Origin: Phoronis australis
Taxonomy: Eukaryota; Animalia; Phoronida
Length of the DNA: 64,000 bases
Reading direction: 5' to 3'
Assembly (NCBI GenBank): GCA_002633005.1
Contig: NMRA01000179.1
Span: forward strand, 341,954-405,953
The position numbers and the translations under genes were made by a program. Below are positions 52,163 to 64,000 of the stretch, piece by piece (position 1 is the first letter of the stretch; each line of letters starts with the position of its first letter). The notes beneath the pieces were generated by a model. The model did not search any database. It was not told the origin of the DNA and worked only from the letters and a program-made list of their open reading frames with translations.

Positions 52163-53129
52163 GTAATAAATCACAGGTGACTGGTAACCAAGGATTGTTT
52201 AATGAATTGAATGATTGACCATTCGTCTCAATCTCTTTTCTGTATTTGCTGTCTACATTCGCAAGCTTCACTATTTATTTTATTTTTCATTGTAAACAGT
52301 GTCCATGAAGCTGCATTACCATGTAGATAGGAATATCTCATTTTCTGTTACCAAAATGAACATACAAAGAAACACAGTAGAAAAAACTGTCAATTTTACT
52401 GGGGTTGGCCAACCCTGAAATTCGAAAATGACGCGCAGGGGACTTTCATTAATTTGAAAGCGAGCCAGTCATATTACTCAACACAGTGACCATTTCCGCT
52501 GAGTACATATTCACAGATCTTCAGTTAAGAGCTCAAAAGTTACAGCCAAACAGGGCGGAATGCAGCTTTAAATGAATCTAATTTGCAGTCAATTATGTTT
52601 TAGTTATAGCACATTTGTCTTGACATGACCATACAATATCCATGTTGTGTCCATGTGACAACCCAAAAGGTTATCGTATGTCCTGGAATGAAATTAGAGT
52701 TGACAAAGAAATGTGGGTTAAAAATTAATCTTTTTAGTCAGAGTAGATATTTCAAACTACATGTCTTTGTTTTAAATTTTAGTTGGTTGCCTTGCTAAGC
52801 TAGTACTTTGCTCAGCGCTGCAAGCTCAGTTAATCACTTCAACCATATAAAATCGATATGTAGTTTATTTTATTCACTTTAGCTTTCTTGTCTTGTCTGG
52901 TACAGTGACTTAGCCAATTCTCTGTTTAAGTGTCAAAATTTGTCTAGTAATTGGTCAATTTTGTACTGTAACATTATTTTCTTTTTCATCATATTTGTTT
53001 TAAAACTTTGTTGAAACTAGATGACAGTGCTGTTGCCTTTTGAGTTTTTTTATTTTGAATTACAAAATTAATATGTGTTGACCTTGCACTGTTTATCTCA
53101 TGACAATTGCTTCTCTGGTTGTTATTCAG

Positions 53130-53256
53130 AATCCTGATGGCACAGACACTGAGACTCTTTTTGGCAATATGAACGAGGTGTGCGAGGTGTCTCAGAAGCT
53201 GTTGACCAGTCTAGAGTCAGCTGTGAATGGAAAGGATTTTAACAACCAAGTAATAG
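53130..53256 (+). CDS. DNMBP: DNMBP coding exon 9 (DH)
   Basis: DTETLFGNMNEVCEVSQKLLTSLE...QVIG. Confidence 0.92.
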
Positions 53257-53287
53257 GTGGGTACCAGTTAGGATATGCCACGATTAT

Positions 53288-54054
53288 TGTTCTGGCGCAG
53301 TGTCAGCGAACAATCGAGAGAAACACAGGTGATTCTACGTACAGCCTAATTCTTTTATTCGAGTGCCGTCAGTACATAGACAAACCCGTAAACTGAAATA
53401 AACAAAACCCCGAGTCACTACTACGAAATATAATACAAGCGCAGGCATTGACAATATATACAAAAACCGTTATTTACATCAACGAAGAAAATGTACAAGT
53501 AACGAAATGGCTACATCAGATAAACTGAATCTTATATGAAAATACTATATACAAAAACGAACCTAATTCATACACAATTCTGCCGTGAGACCGTGACGCA
53601 AACTAGATATCAAGTCACGCTAAAGTTACAATAATATGAGCTAGAAACAGACCGGTTTGTGAATTGCAATCTCAAGGTCGCAGCGAACAACGCCCAAACC
53701 CTCGACACGAACCACAAAGGACGAAATACGGGGAAGTAAATAAAGCGAAATTACTGAAACTACGCGGGACACGAGAGAATGCATTGCACAAACCAGAAAT
53801 AACGATAAGCAAAAGAACAACACTTACATCATGAAAACCCTGCAATCTCTACGACGAAACCAATGACATGCATACACTGCACACAGATAGATACGAAATA
53901 TGAAATACGAATGAATGGAACTGGCGGGTAGAACGCTTTTAAATGTCAGTACCACGTGACAAGTTCCCAATCTGGGGGGTAATTGAAAATGAGTACAACA
54001 GGAAACAATACTTAATATACACAGGCAATATGAATGATTGCGTCTGCAGTAACA
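53288..54054 (-). mobile_element. Solo LTR, 767 bp
   Basis: TGTT...AACA termini, 5-bp TSD attat on both sides, minus-strand AATAAA near 53353 about 65 bp from the end. Confidence 0.8.
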
Positions 54055-55185
54055 ATTATTGTCATTTGTAACATTGTTGAAGCTTTGATGAAGAGGAAAT
54101 AATGGCTTGATAATATCAATGAGTTATGCAATGATTCAAAAGACTTCAATGACAATTAATGTTATATAAATTAGGTACTACACACAAGTTATACCATAAA
54201 TAAATGACATCTATTTATTGCTACAGTGGCCAGGGGATATACTAATACACAAGACAGTTATCCTAAATGTATATCATCAGTCCCTGTGTTAATATTTTAA
54301 GTGTCTATGTACGAGCTGCCCCATAATCATAACAATACATAACACTTCAATAAACTGGAAACCTAGTACATGAAATGTTACGTATCAGACTGTAAAACAT
54401 CAACTAGTAAGTAACAGGTGGATACACTATTAATGCCAGTTTTACCATTTCGATATGAGATACCAAGAACCAGACATATTAGATGACCTTTCCACTTGAA
54501 TTATGGTGATGACAGCAGTTTGATGCAACTGTCCTGAAATTTACTGACTAGAATGTGCATGTCTACAGCTGTTTTGTACTAACTGCATCACAAATCTAAC
54601 GTGCCGTGTAGTGATTTTTTATACTTTAGCACAGGGCGCGGCAGAAAATTGGGGTGTATACCGTAAATGCAAGACAATCATGACACTTAATGTGTTGTGA
54701 AGTCTTGGTGTATTGAATGGAAATCATGAATCTCACCGACATCTCTTTTAATTGGCGGCCATTTTGCTACACATGTGTGCGAGTAAGATCCCAAAGTTAC
54801 TCGCGAAGACTTTTATTTGTCCCATTTTATCGAGTGTATTCTTGCTCTTGGAGAACATTGCCGTGCAGATATCAGCTCTGGATAAATGGTCAATGATCAT
54901 TAAAAAGGATTTCACTACTTGTTGCTTGAATGTATGGTTTATTATTGAACAAACTCAAAACATTTATTCTCAGCCACTTATTAAATGGATGTAGTCAATG
55001 TGATAATTGGTAATTTTGGTAGTCTGTTGTGAGAAAATTATGATTCCAGTGTGAGAGAATGTGGATTTGGTGGACTTTTTCTTGCTAAATAATTCAAGGT
55101 TCCTGTTAACTATTCCATTTCCACAGTGTGCATTCCAGTACACAACCTATGACTGTGTGTTGAACCATTGTCCCTGCATTTCTAG

Positions 55186-55277
55186 GAGCATGCTTCATAG
55201 CCCATACTGAGCAGATGAAAAAAACTTATGCTGTTTACTGCCGTAACCACGACGATGTGCTGGCACTTTTAGAAAAG
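55186..55277 (+). CDS. DNMBP: DNMBP coding exon 10 (DH)
   Basis: ACFIAHTEQMKKTYAVYCRNHDDVLALLEK. Confidence 0.93.
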
Positions 55278-55767
55278 GTAGGTGTCTAATGTAGAATGAA
55301 TGTTGCCATCTCTTTGTTTAATCTTTCAAAACTTAACACTGGTAAGAGGATAATTTTTGAATGTTACGTGTAATACAGACTATTGTACATCTAGGTTTTC
55401 CATTAGGGTCTAAATTAAATCTTAAGTTTGAAATGTTCCCTTTCAGAAAGCGCCTCTATACAAGTCATGTATGTGTGCTAGTATAATGCATTTTACAAAT
55501 TAAATAAATTTAGTTTCTATTTTTTGTAACAAAATATTTTATGTACAGTGTTGCCATTGATATTGGTTGACTGTACACATCTGTGTTTCTGTCCATCTGA
55601 TGATGTTATCATTCATCTTGTAGAAATAGTTGATTCATCCACATACCCCGTCTCAGAGTGTGAGGATAGGGAGAGGACATAAAAGTAGTTTAGAGACAGC
55701 CTTAAATAATTTGGCAGTAAAAATGGAAAGCTCCAAAACTAAATCTTGTCATTTCTCTCACCCGTAG

Positions 55768-55917
55768 TATGATGACTATGCAGACATTCAGGATTACTTC
55801 AACAAAGGTCTGCAGTCCTTGAGACAACAGTCTACAGTATTTGATCTCGGCTCTGTTCTGATCAAGCCCGTGCAGCGGATACTGAAGTACCCTCTATTGT
55901 TGAACGAGCTACTGAAG
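55768..55917 (+). CDS. DNMBP: DNMBP coding exon 11 (DH)
   Basis: DLGSVLIKPVQRILKYPLLLNELLK is the DH CR3 motif. Confidence 0.95.
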
Positions 55918-56576
55918 GTAAAAACTAGGGTATTATATAGGAATTATGTGCAGATTTGAATGATGACTTTCTCAGTGACGTGAACAGACATGTTACTAGC
56001 TTTTTGCCTCTGCCTCTTCACCGTCTTGGCTTTCCTTAGTTGTTTGTACAAGCAATATGATCGTAATCAATTAGATAAAAGTTGCAGGCTGTAATTGTTT
56101 ATTATTAATAAGTAAGTAGTATATTATGGTCAAAGCTCTGCTACAGCAAAATTCTATTTTGATCTTTTAATCAGAATAATTTGGTAGCAGCCCCTCCTGT
56201 GGACAAAATTCATTGAACACAAAACAATGTTGAGGCTCAATAATTTTCAACAATACTTGCTCAAGCTCTCTGTATCTCTGATGGTTGTTTGCAGCTCAAC
56301 CATGAAACAAATGGTTAAGAGACAAGAAAACTAATGATAAAAATGACACTATGTTAACTTTCAAGATTGCTCTTGTATCATCATCAAGACTAAAAATAAA
56401 ATGACATAAGGTTACAAGAGTGTGTGAACAGAGTTATGACCCACTCCAGTGCAAGCCTTTAGCAGTGCCAAATAAATACATATTGGCAAAATGTGTATAC
56501 ATGTAGCTCATAATGTGTTATATGTCCACTTCTGCTCTTTTGCTGTATAAAGTATTCGTGCTGTTTGCTTTCTCAG

Positions 56577-56682
56577 TCCACAGAAGAAGGCCACCCTGAC
56601 AAGCAGCCTCTAGTGACGGCCATAGGTGCAATGACAGATGTGGCCACTGCCATCAACGAATACAAGAGGAGAAAGGACTTGG
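56577..56682 (+). CDS. DNMBP: DNMBP coding exon 12
   Basis: STEEGHPDK...AINEYKRRKDL, typical of DNMBP/ARHGEF37/38. Confidence 0.94.
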
Positions 56683-57346
56683 GTAATAATGATTATTGTA
56701 ATGATCATGATGTCTAATGATTGTAAGTTATACAATAACTGTGTGTTGTTTATGTATTCCGAACGCGGGTACTGTTTCTTGTTATAGTGAAGCACCAGTC
56801 ACCGGTTCTCATTATCACCTGAAAGGTGTATGAGGTCTTTCCACTATATATTCAAACCATGCATGTCAGTTTCCAGTTGGATGTTATCTCGTGAAAAACT
56901 TAAAAATTTCTGAATGGGACTAGTGAAACAACATTCTGCCCTGTATAGTGTGTTCAGGGCACATGGAACTGTTGTCCTACAAATGTTGTTATGCTGCTGA
57001 ACACATCAAATTTTCATTTCAAACTGTTCAGGTCATAAAATATGTAATGTCTCTTAGTTTGTGAATTAGTGCTATTTACATTGAAGTCTTTCCAATTGAA
57101 GACATCATATGGCGGAACATTGAACTTATTAATTTTTTTCATAACAATAAGTAGCTCCAAATAGAAGTTTTTGTTATTTTTAAGTTCTCAACAAACTGTT
57201 GGTACAAGCAGACAATGTTTTTTTTGAGAATTTGTTGGTATTCACAGCAATGTTAGAAGATGAAAATAGGTCATTTTTGCAATTTTTTTTAAATTGAAAA
57301 GATTTTACCGTACTGATTAGAATGTGTTCACCATTGCTTTCTTCAG

Positions 57347-57477
57347 CTTACAAGTACAGGAAGGTGAAGGAGGAGCGTGTGTCAGACAAGATGTCAAAGC
57401 TCACACTGCACTCCATCAAGAAGAAGTCAAACAGGTTCAGCATGAGATTATCCACCAACTTGGGAATGGGTCAGCAG
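57347..57477 (+). CDS. DNMBP: DNMBP coding exon 13
   Basis: KYRK...KMSKLTLHSIKKKSNRFS. Confidence 0.93.
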
Positions 57478-58385
57478 GTAATGCCACTCCTGATTTGGAA
57501 TATGTTGATTGTAGCGTGAACATCCTGAGCCTAGGGTCCGCGGTCTAGGTTTGTGTAATCAAACTCAAATTTAGTTTTGGTTCTTCCGTTTTAATTTTGT
57601 GTGAACTCAGGATAAGTTGTCTGTTCCGTGCTTGAGTTTGTTATGGTTTACGTGGATGACCTTTTCATCCTAGGTTGCATGTGATCACCTCAGCATGAAA
57701 GCTTAAGTCTGAGTGCAAAATCTAAAATTGTTACTCAAAATCTTACTTGAATTTTTAGTTTTAGTCATCAAGAAAGTGTAAAACTTGGACTAGAAATTCA
57801 GCTTAAGTTTGTAAGTCATAATGTACTCTCGCGAAGAATAATAAACACTACACTGAGTTCACACAGAAATAAAATGAAAAATGTCGGACGCTTTCTTATT
57901 GTTCTCGGCGAATAAAATGACAGGCGGCGACAAGCCGACTTCTAGAGCCAGGTCTCCAGTATTATAATGACAGGCGACGTAAGTTACCAGTGTGCTGTAA
58001 GTCACAAAATCCCATGTTCAGTATTGAATCCTGGACCAATATAGCTCAATTAACCAATCACAAACAGTCTTTCATGAATACTTGGGAACTTATGCTTGTC
58101 TACAAGCAACCCAACCTAACCAGACCTTTTTAAATTTTCTGATCGGCTATTATTTTTTAATTGAGTTTGACCTAAGTCAATGCAAGACAGATGGAGGATT
58201 CCAGCATTAGCCAGCCAGCCTGGAATGTTGATACTGGATAAACATCTGGTTAGTAGGACTAGGGTAAATTGAGCTATCTGCTCACTTTCCAATTTCAGGT
58301 CAAAAGCTATGAACATTAAGGTGGCTAATGTAGTTTTACAAATCACAACAGTCTTAATTGGATGTCGTCTTAATCTTAATTTTAG

Positions 58386-58490
58386 ACGAGGGATGAACAG
58401 TTTGACCGAGAAGAAATGAAGTTCCATGACCTTGAGAGAGCTGTCAAATCATTCCTGAGAGATGTGGGCCTTTACTGTGAACAACTACAG
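58386..58490 (+). CDS. DNMBP: DNMBP coding exon 14 (BAR)
   Basis: TRDEQFDREEMKFHDLERAVKSFLRDV. Confidence 0.92.
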
Positions 58491-58660
58491 GTAATACCAT
58501 CTATTGGACAATCTGGGCTCTGTACAAGTTAGGTTACAGACATTTGATCAACAGGCAACCAAAAGTTGCTGGATATATTAGGGGTTGTTCAGCTAAGAAG
58601 CTTAATGCGGAGTACTGTATTTGCACACTGAACGCACACCTGGCTTATTTCACTTGACAG

Positions 58661-58792
58661 GATGCTGCGGTTGGTTATGAGACTATCTCCGACGACTTGG
58701 GTGACTTCTACGACCAGGACTACAGCACACCAGAAGTACAGAAATATCAGGAGACTCAGAGGCAGTTGACGCATGAGTTATTCGATCAGTTT
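58661..58792 (+). CDS. DNMBP: DNMBP coding exon 15 (BAR)
   Basis: DAAVGYETISDDLGDFY...LFDQF; gacag and gtaagt borders. Confidence 0.88.
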
Positions 58793-59204
58793 GTAAGTCA
58801 CGTGACACGTCTTGATCACATGATTATCTATTGTGGTGTTCAAAATGGTTTAACAAACCCAGCATAGTATGTTCTCACCAAAGAATGCTGTGATGTAAAG
58901 TGTGAGTAACAGTCATTGGCATCTGCCCCAGAATTTTGGTGGAAACTGAGAAAATTTTTAGTAAACTACAGCAGTGATTACAGCTTTCATTTCTGATGAC
59001 AGTCAATCAGATGCTTTGAAATTGAGGTTGTCAGTTTGCTTTCAACTTCATTTTCCATGTCTCACAAGCTCTTGGATTTGGTCAGACATGGTCTATACAG
59101 CTCAGTCCTGTACTAGTATTCATTTTATGATTAAAACCTGTTGTTGCTTGAGTTACATTAAACACATGGTTAAACTTTTGCTAATGTCTGCGTTTCTGTT
59201 TCAG

Positions 59205-59366
59205 AAATCCTTCACAGAGGAGCGGGTTATCTCGCCTCTCAACAAACTGATTCTCTTGTTCCAAGGGCCGAACAACGTGATCGAAAAGCGCAATGACAAA
59301 CTGCTGGACTACGACAGTTGCAGTCTCAAGGCGGAAAAGGTCAAGGACATTAATCGTGTCAAAGCT
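59205..59366 (+). CDS. DNMBP: DNMBP coding exon 16 (BAR)
   Basis: TEERVISPLNKLILLFQGPNNVIEKRNDKLLDYD. Confidence 0.94.
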
Positions 59367-59707
59367 GTAAGTGAACACGGAATATTAGCAGTACTGTCCC
59401 TTTCTTAAAAACCAATAAACCAGAGCCCTCTGCCTAAAATTAGCTTTGCTTTAGCCATATGTTGTTACAAAATAGGACTTATCTTGTTCCTTCCTCGGAT
59501 TAGAAATGGTTTTTGGCCTTAAGAAGACCTGACTGGTCATAATTAATAATACTTCAGACTATTCCCATTAGGTTACTTGCCGCTACAGGTCAGTTTCAGT
59601 GTGTATTTTGAAAACTGCTTTAGGCTTTTAAATTTTATTCGAGTACTGCATTCTATGGTAAATACTGCAGATTTGTTCTTTAACGGTGTCCACCTTTACC
59701 ATTCAAG

Positions 59708-59890
59708 GCCCAGGACGAACTTTTGAAGGCCAAGAACAACTACGAGGCGATGAACGCTCAGCTGTTGGATGAACTTCCTCGCCTGTATGAGATTGCATCC
59801 ACTGTGTTCCGTCAGTGTGTTTCCAACTACCTGCAGGCATACAAGAACTTCCTGGGCAAAGCTTTGCACAACATGTACCCTTTACTCGAG
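59708..59890 (+). CDS. DNMBP: DNMBP coding exon 17 (BAR)
   Basis: AKNNYEAMNAQLLDELP. Confidence 0.94.
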
Positions 59891-60078
59891 GTAGGAATCG
59901 ATACGTTTTATTGTACTTGAGAAATGACAAAGGCAAGTTACGGAGGGAGGGTAAAAGAAACATCGGGCATGTTTCATCATAAAGTGACTTAAGACTTAAG
60001 ACTGCTTCCATATCACCGTCAATTGCCTAGTGAAGGCTGAGACAAGTTATTATGAGCAACTAAACCTAGAAATAATTT

Positions 60079-60591
60079 CAGGGCTTGGAATTTTCCGCGG
60101 AAACGCAGATTTCCGCTTTTTTCAAATGTGCTTTCCGCTTTTTTATAATATTTCCGCGTAAAAAAATCGGATTTGATATAAAATTTCCGCGGCAAATTCC
60201 TTTCTTACCGCGGCGTTGCAGACGACGTTCCCCTCGAAAAGCGGAAGTTGCTCTTTATGTTTCGGAGGAACGTAAATTGTCAACATTGCCGGGGCATCTG
60301 GGACAGCGTGGTGGGATTTTCAATGGCGTCTCGTGTTATTGTTAAGCGCGGCGACAAATACTACCGCCCTGCAGCCAAAAATGTGTGGGTTGGGAGTGGA
60401 CGGGCGAGCTAAAAGGATACAGACGCATGCTACTGATGGTGGTAACTTTTTTTGTTTTTTTTTTAGTCCTCCCGATTTTTGTCGGGGAAAGGTTCACATT
60501 GACCATTTCAAGGCTGGTTATCGGGCATGATTTGGGCCGTAAAAGTTTCTAAGTTTCCGCGTTTTTTTTTCATTGGTCATTACAAGCCCTG
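60079..60591. mobile_element. hAT-like MITE with 6-bp TSD
   Basis: TIR cagggcttg / caagccctg, taattt on both sides, multiple ttccgc subterminal motifs. Confidence 0.75.
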
Positions 60592-61576
60592 TAATTTACA
60601 GAAATTTTCTCAGTAACTAACAGTTCATGTCTCTGTTTTCTGAAACTTTTTTGCTCACAAAAGAAATTTTAATATTCAAAAATAGTTGTACAGAGCACAA
60701 GACCAAACTTGTGACTTAGTCTTCCATCATTTTTATGGCTCACTTGGGTCTTTTATGTCAGTCCAAACAAAAGTACATGAAAATATAATTTTTGATACAT
60801 ACTCAGATGAGATGTCCACACTGCTGTTGATAGCAATAGGTATAACACTAATACTCTGCATTTCATCCTGGTTTGCTGGCTAAAAAATTGAATTGGGTAT
60901 TTTGCTTTGTCATTAATTCGGTCATGTAATTTTCCTATAACCAAAAAGAACATCAAAACCATCAGCAGCTGAAAATGAAACTTCAGACTGAGTTTAATGG
61001 GGTAGGTCAAGTCTAAAATTTATTGCAGATTGATTTCAAAATGGCACATGTACACATTGTCTGATTATAGTCGCTGGCTCATTGAGAGGCAGTTACAGAT
61101 GAGATGTGCATAGCAATATTTTTAATCCCTTAAGCACTTTGGTTAAGAATTCGACATTGACGACTAACTATGGCAAAATGCGGCTTTAAGCAAATGGGCT
61201 CACCCTAATTTTGCGAATGATGATTGTGCATATCATTGAGGAGTTACAATGCTCACTCATTTTTGTGTATAAAATTGATTTTCTTGATAGTTACCTGGCT
61301 CAAAGTAAACTAGTACAAAAATGGGTGGAACCATTCCTGCCACCTACTTTGAGACTAGATGAGAAAGTCTCACTGGAAAAAATGTTGCCTTCTGTAAATT
61401 AATAAAAAACAAAATGTTTAATATCAAAAAGTATGCATGGTCTGAGAAACACAGGGAAATTCCTGAACAGAAAGATATGTCCCCATCGCCTTGTCGCATT
61501 CCCAACATTATTGAAAGAGAAAGCATGCGTGATGCTGCGGAATTAAACTGTTGGTGTACTTAAATTTGTTTTCTAG

Positions 61577-61750
61577 ATTCCTTCATTGGCCTCCTCCAGG
61601 GACCCTCTCCTGGAGACCTTTAGCCAGGAACACAGTGAGGCCTGTGACCAGCTAGCCACACTCAGCTTCATTCCCAAGGGGTTCAGTTCTAAGGCGCGAA
61701 CTGAAGGAAGGGGCCGTCCTTCCCTAGAGCCAGCTAAACAGCCTGTGATG
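61577..61750 (+). CDS. DNMBP: DNMBP coding exon 18
   Basis: IPSLASSRDPLLETFSQEH...LSFIPKGF...; ttctag and gtgagg borders, phase 0/0. Confidence 0.85.
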
Positions 61751-62414
61751 GTGAGGTTTAGGGATACCGATGATTATATAGTACTTTCTCCAGTGTATAA
61801 TTCCATGGTTTGAAACTCTAACTCTAAAGTTCTTCAGTTTCTGCGAGTGATAAGTGGCTGAATATACTCCCATGGTTATCAATGGAAGCCATTACTGAAG
61901 CTTGGGTGGAACATTTCAGATAAAACTTGTTTCAATAATTCACATTTTTTGCAGACTAGCTTAATTATTATCTCTGTTTTTGCCCAAAGAGTATTTTCAG
62001 CATGGCTTTTATACAGAAATCTGCGGTACTGTATCCCTTTCAGAGGTTGATGTATACAAATGACCTATTGTCTTGCATTATTCTGTGCACATTAGAGCCG
62101 TCTGAATTTGTCGTGAGATGTCCTGTGCTGCTGTGCATTTAACCACTGGCAGGTATTGGCTGCACAGCAGTGAACAGTCATTTTTCAAGAATGGTGGACA
62201 CATTTGGCCGAAATACATATAGTCTGTGTCAAAGCTATAATGAAAATCGAGAATCAGTCTAGAAATATCTGTAAATCATTTCAAAATTACTCTAAAATTT
62301 TCTGTTTCAAAATTTCGCTGCTTTTTGTTAAGGAACTACAGAATGTACACTAAACCTAACTTCATTGAGCCAATGGCATTTTCTGTTGGTGCTAAATATA
62401 CTCCTCATCTCCAG

Positions 62415-62607
62415 GCTGATGTCCAAACTGCTGCCCAGAGGTCAGCTCTACTGAGTGCATATTCGCTGGACAAAATCTACTCCTGCATTGAGGCTTACCA
62501 GTCTTCAGACATGATGGAACTCACCCTAGCAACAGGCACTATTGTTGGCATTGTTAAAGATCAAGACCCTATGGGCAGCAAGGATCGGTGGTTTGTTGAT
62601 AATGGAG
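62415..62607 (+). CDS. DNMBP: DNMBP coding exon 19 (C-terminal SH3)
   Basis: GTIVGIVKDQDPMGSKDRWFVDNG is the DNMBP/ARHGEF37 C-terminal SH3 signature. Confidence 0.93.
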
Positions 62608-62929
62608 GTATGACATTGAGGATTTGCTTGTCTTGTTCTTGTACTTGGCCTTGTAGATTTTGAATTAGTCTAGAATGATCGTGTAGCTTTCATTTGCAGC
62701 ACAAACCTTTGAAGCATCCAACTTTATTTCATAGAAAGATTTGTAGTTGTTGAAGAACAGATGAATATCCTGGTAACAATTTTCATATTGTAATGGAAAC
62801 AGCTGAACAGAATCATAACTGAAACAAAATAAAGGTTTGCAGTAAAACAAGGAAACAATTTTAATCTCAAAAACTTTGCAGATTTTTTATTAGAATTCCT
62901 TAGTTACTTTTTTGTTCGTGAAATTTCAG

Positions 62930-63030
62930 CAACTAAAGGTTTCATTCCCAAGAGAATCCTGTCAGCGTACGACCCATCCAAAGTTGAACCAGCCAGTGTC
63001 ACGTCACTGCTGGGCAGTGGTCACGCGGAG
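62930..63030 (+). CDS. DNMBP: DNMBP coding exon 20 (gene continues beyond the window)
   Basis: ATKGFIPKRILSAY completes the SH3; donor gtaacc; no stop reached. Confidence 0.88.
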
Positions 63031-64000
63031 GTAACCGAGTACATGTTGTCCGGCAGCACGATTTGGTACACGCATGTAGAGGTTAGAGTTTAGTTGCTGC
63101 TTAATTTTCACAGCTCTTTATTTTCTTTTATCTCTTTGGTTAAAGGGCTTAGGGCCATGTCACACCAAGTCGGATCTCAGCATGATATCAGTGACAAGGA
63201 AAAACTGAGTGTGAAATGACTAACTGTGGAAACTTATTAAAAACCTTGTGGATGGTGTAGCCTTTGAGACATTTTTTGCCAACGTTGCTCGTTCGCGCCC
63301 ATTTCATCAAGATATTTACAGTTACACTGAAAGCCAACTTCAACCTTTATAGACAAAATAAGAAGGAAGCAGTTTGTTAAGCCAAAGCTCACATCCATGA
63401 GCTTCATTCCAATCACAGTATAACCATAAAAACAACATCTAATATAAAACTTGCATCATTTTGCTACTCAATTTTTGTGATCATTGGAATATTTATTCAA
63501 AACATCTAACATTTAATTTTGTAAATGTGAGAAATGGTTAAAAAAGAGCATAAATGAGGTTCTTTTGAACAAAGTTTTTGTCCGTGTATTCTTAAGTATG
63601 TCGCCAGGCTTTTTCGTTGCTGCCGTGCACTTTACGTTGTTGTCATGTGATAATGCCATCCACAGGTGCTCGCTCCATAACCTTAAGTGTTTCAATATCA
63701 GTAGCACAGGCTGCACCGAGATATGCATGTTCCGCTCTAGGTTGCAGGGACCTCGATACAGTCTTGTTACCTAAACAAAGCTCGGATGCTATGAGAATGA
63801 ATTTGGTGTGTCAGGGTTTTCGCGGATCCATTTTCCAAACATTTTACCAATCAATGATATTCTGTCCTTGTTAAATCTGTTCTACCTTATGCCATAACTT
63901 CATCAATGCGATGTATAATGAAACAATATACTTGACTCCCTAACTGACTGGAGGATGGGTAACATGCTCTGTATAATTGTCATGTCGTTAAATGTGCCAC

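Overview
Intron-rich, AT-rich animal genomic DNA, probably a marine invertebrate such as a lophotrochozoan (inference from gene content and repeat style). Four protein-coding loci were assembled by hand from splice sites and reading-frame phase. (1) A complete 11-exon DBH-like monooxygenase (MOXD1-type: DOMON plus two Cu type II monooxygenase domains, ~647 aa) on the minus strand, 2087-14800; three of its six canonical copper ligands are substituted although the gene is intact. (2) A 9-coding-exon beta-secretase (BACE, ~532 aa) on the minus strand, 19705-29665. (3) An uninterrupted NADAR/YbiA-domain ORF (32963-33520, minus) that appears to lie in the 5'UTR intron of BACE on the same strand. 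(4) Dynamin-binding protein/Tuba (DNMBP) on the plus strand from 44438 past the window end, with five N-terminal SH3 domains and one apparent GC-AG intron. BACE and DNMBP appear to share a compact bidirectional promoter near 37.0 kb, flanked by three Helentron/HINE-like elements that carry arrays of CTCF-like motifs in convergent orientation. Introns also contain a solo LTR, several MITEs with clear TIRs/TSDs, foldback repeats and minisatellites. No CRISPR array, rRNA or tRNA was seen.
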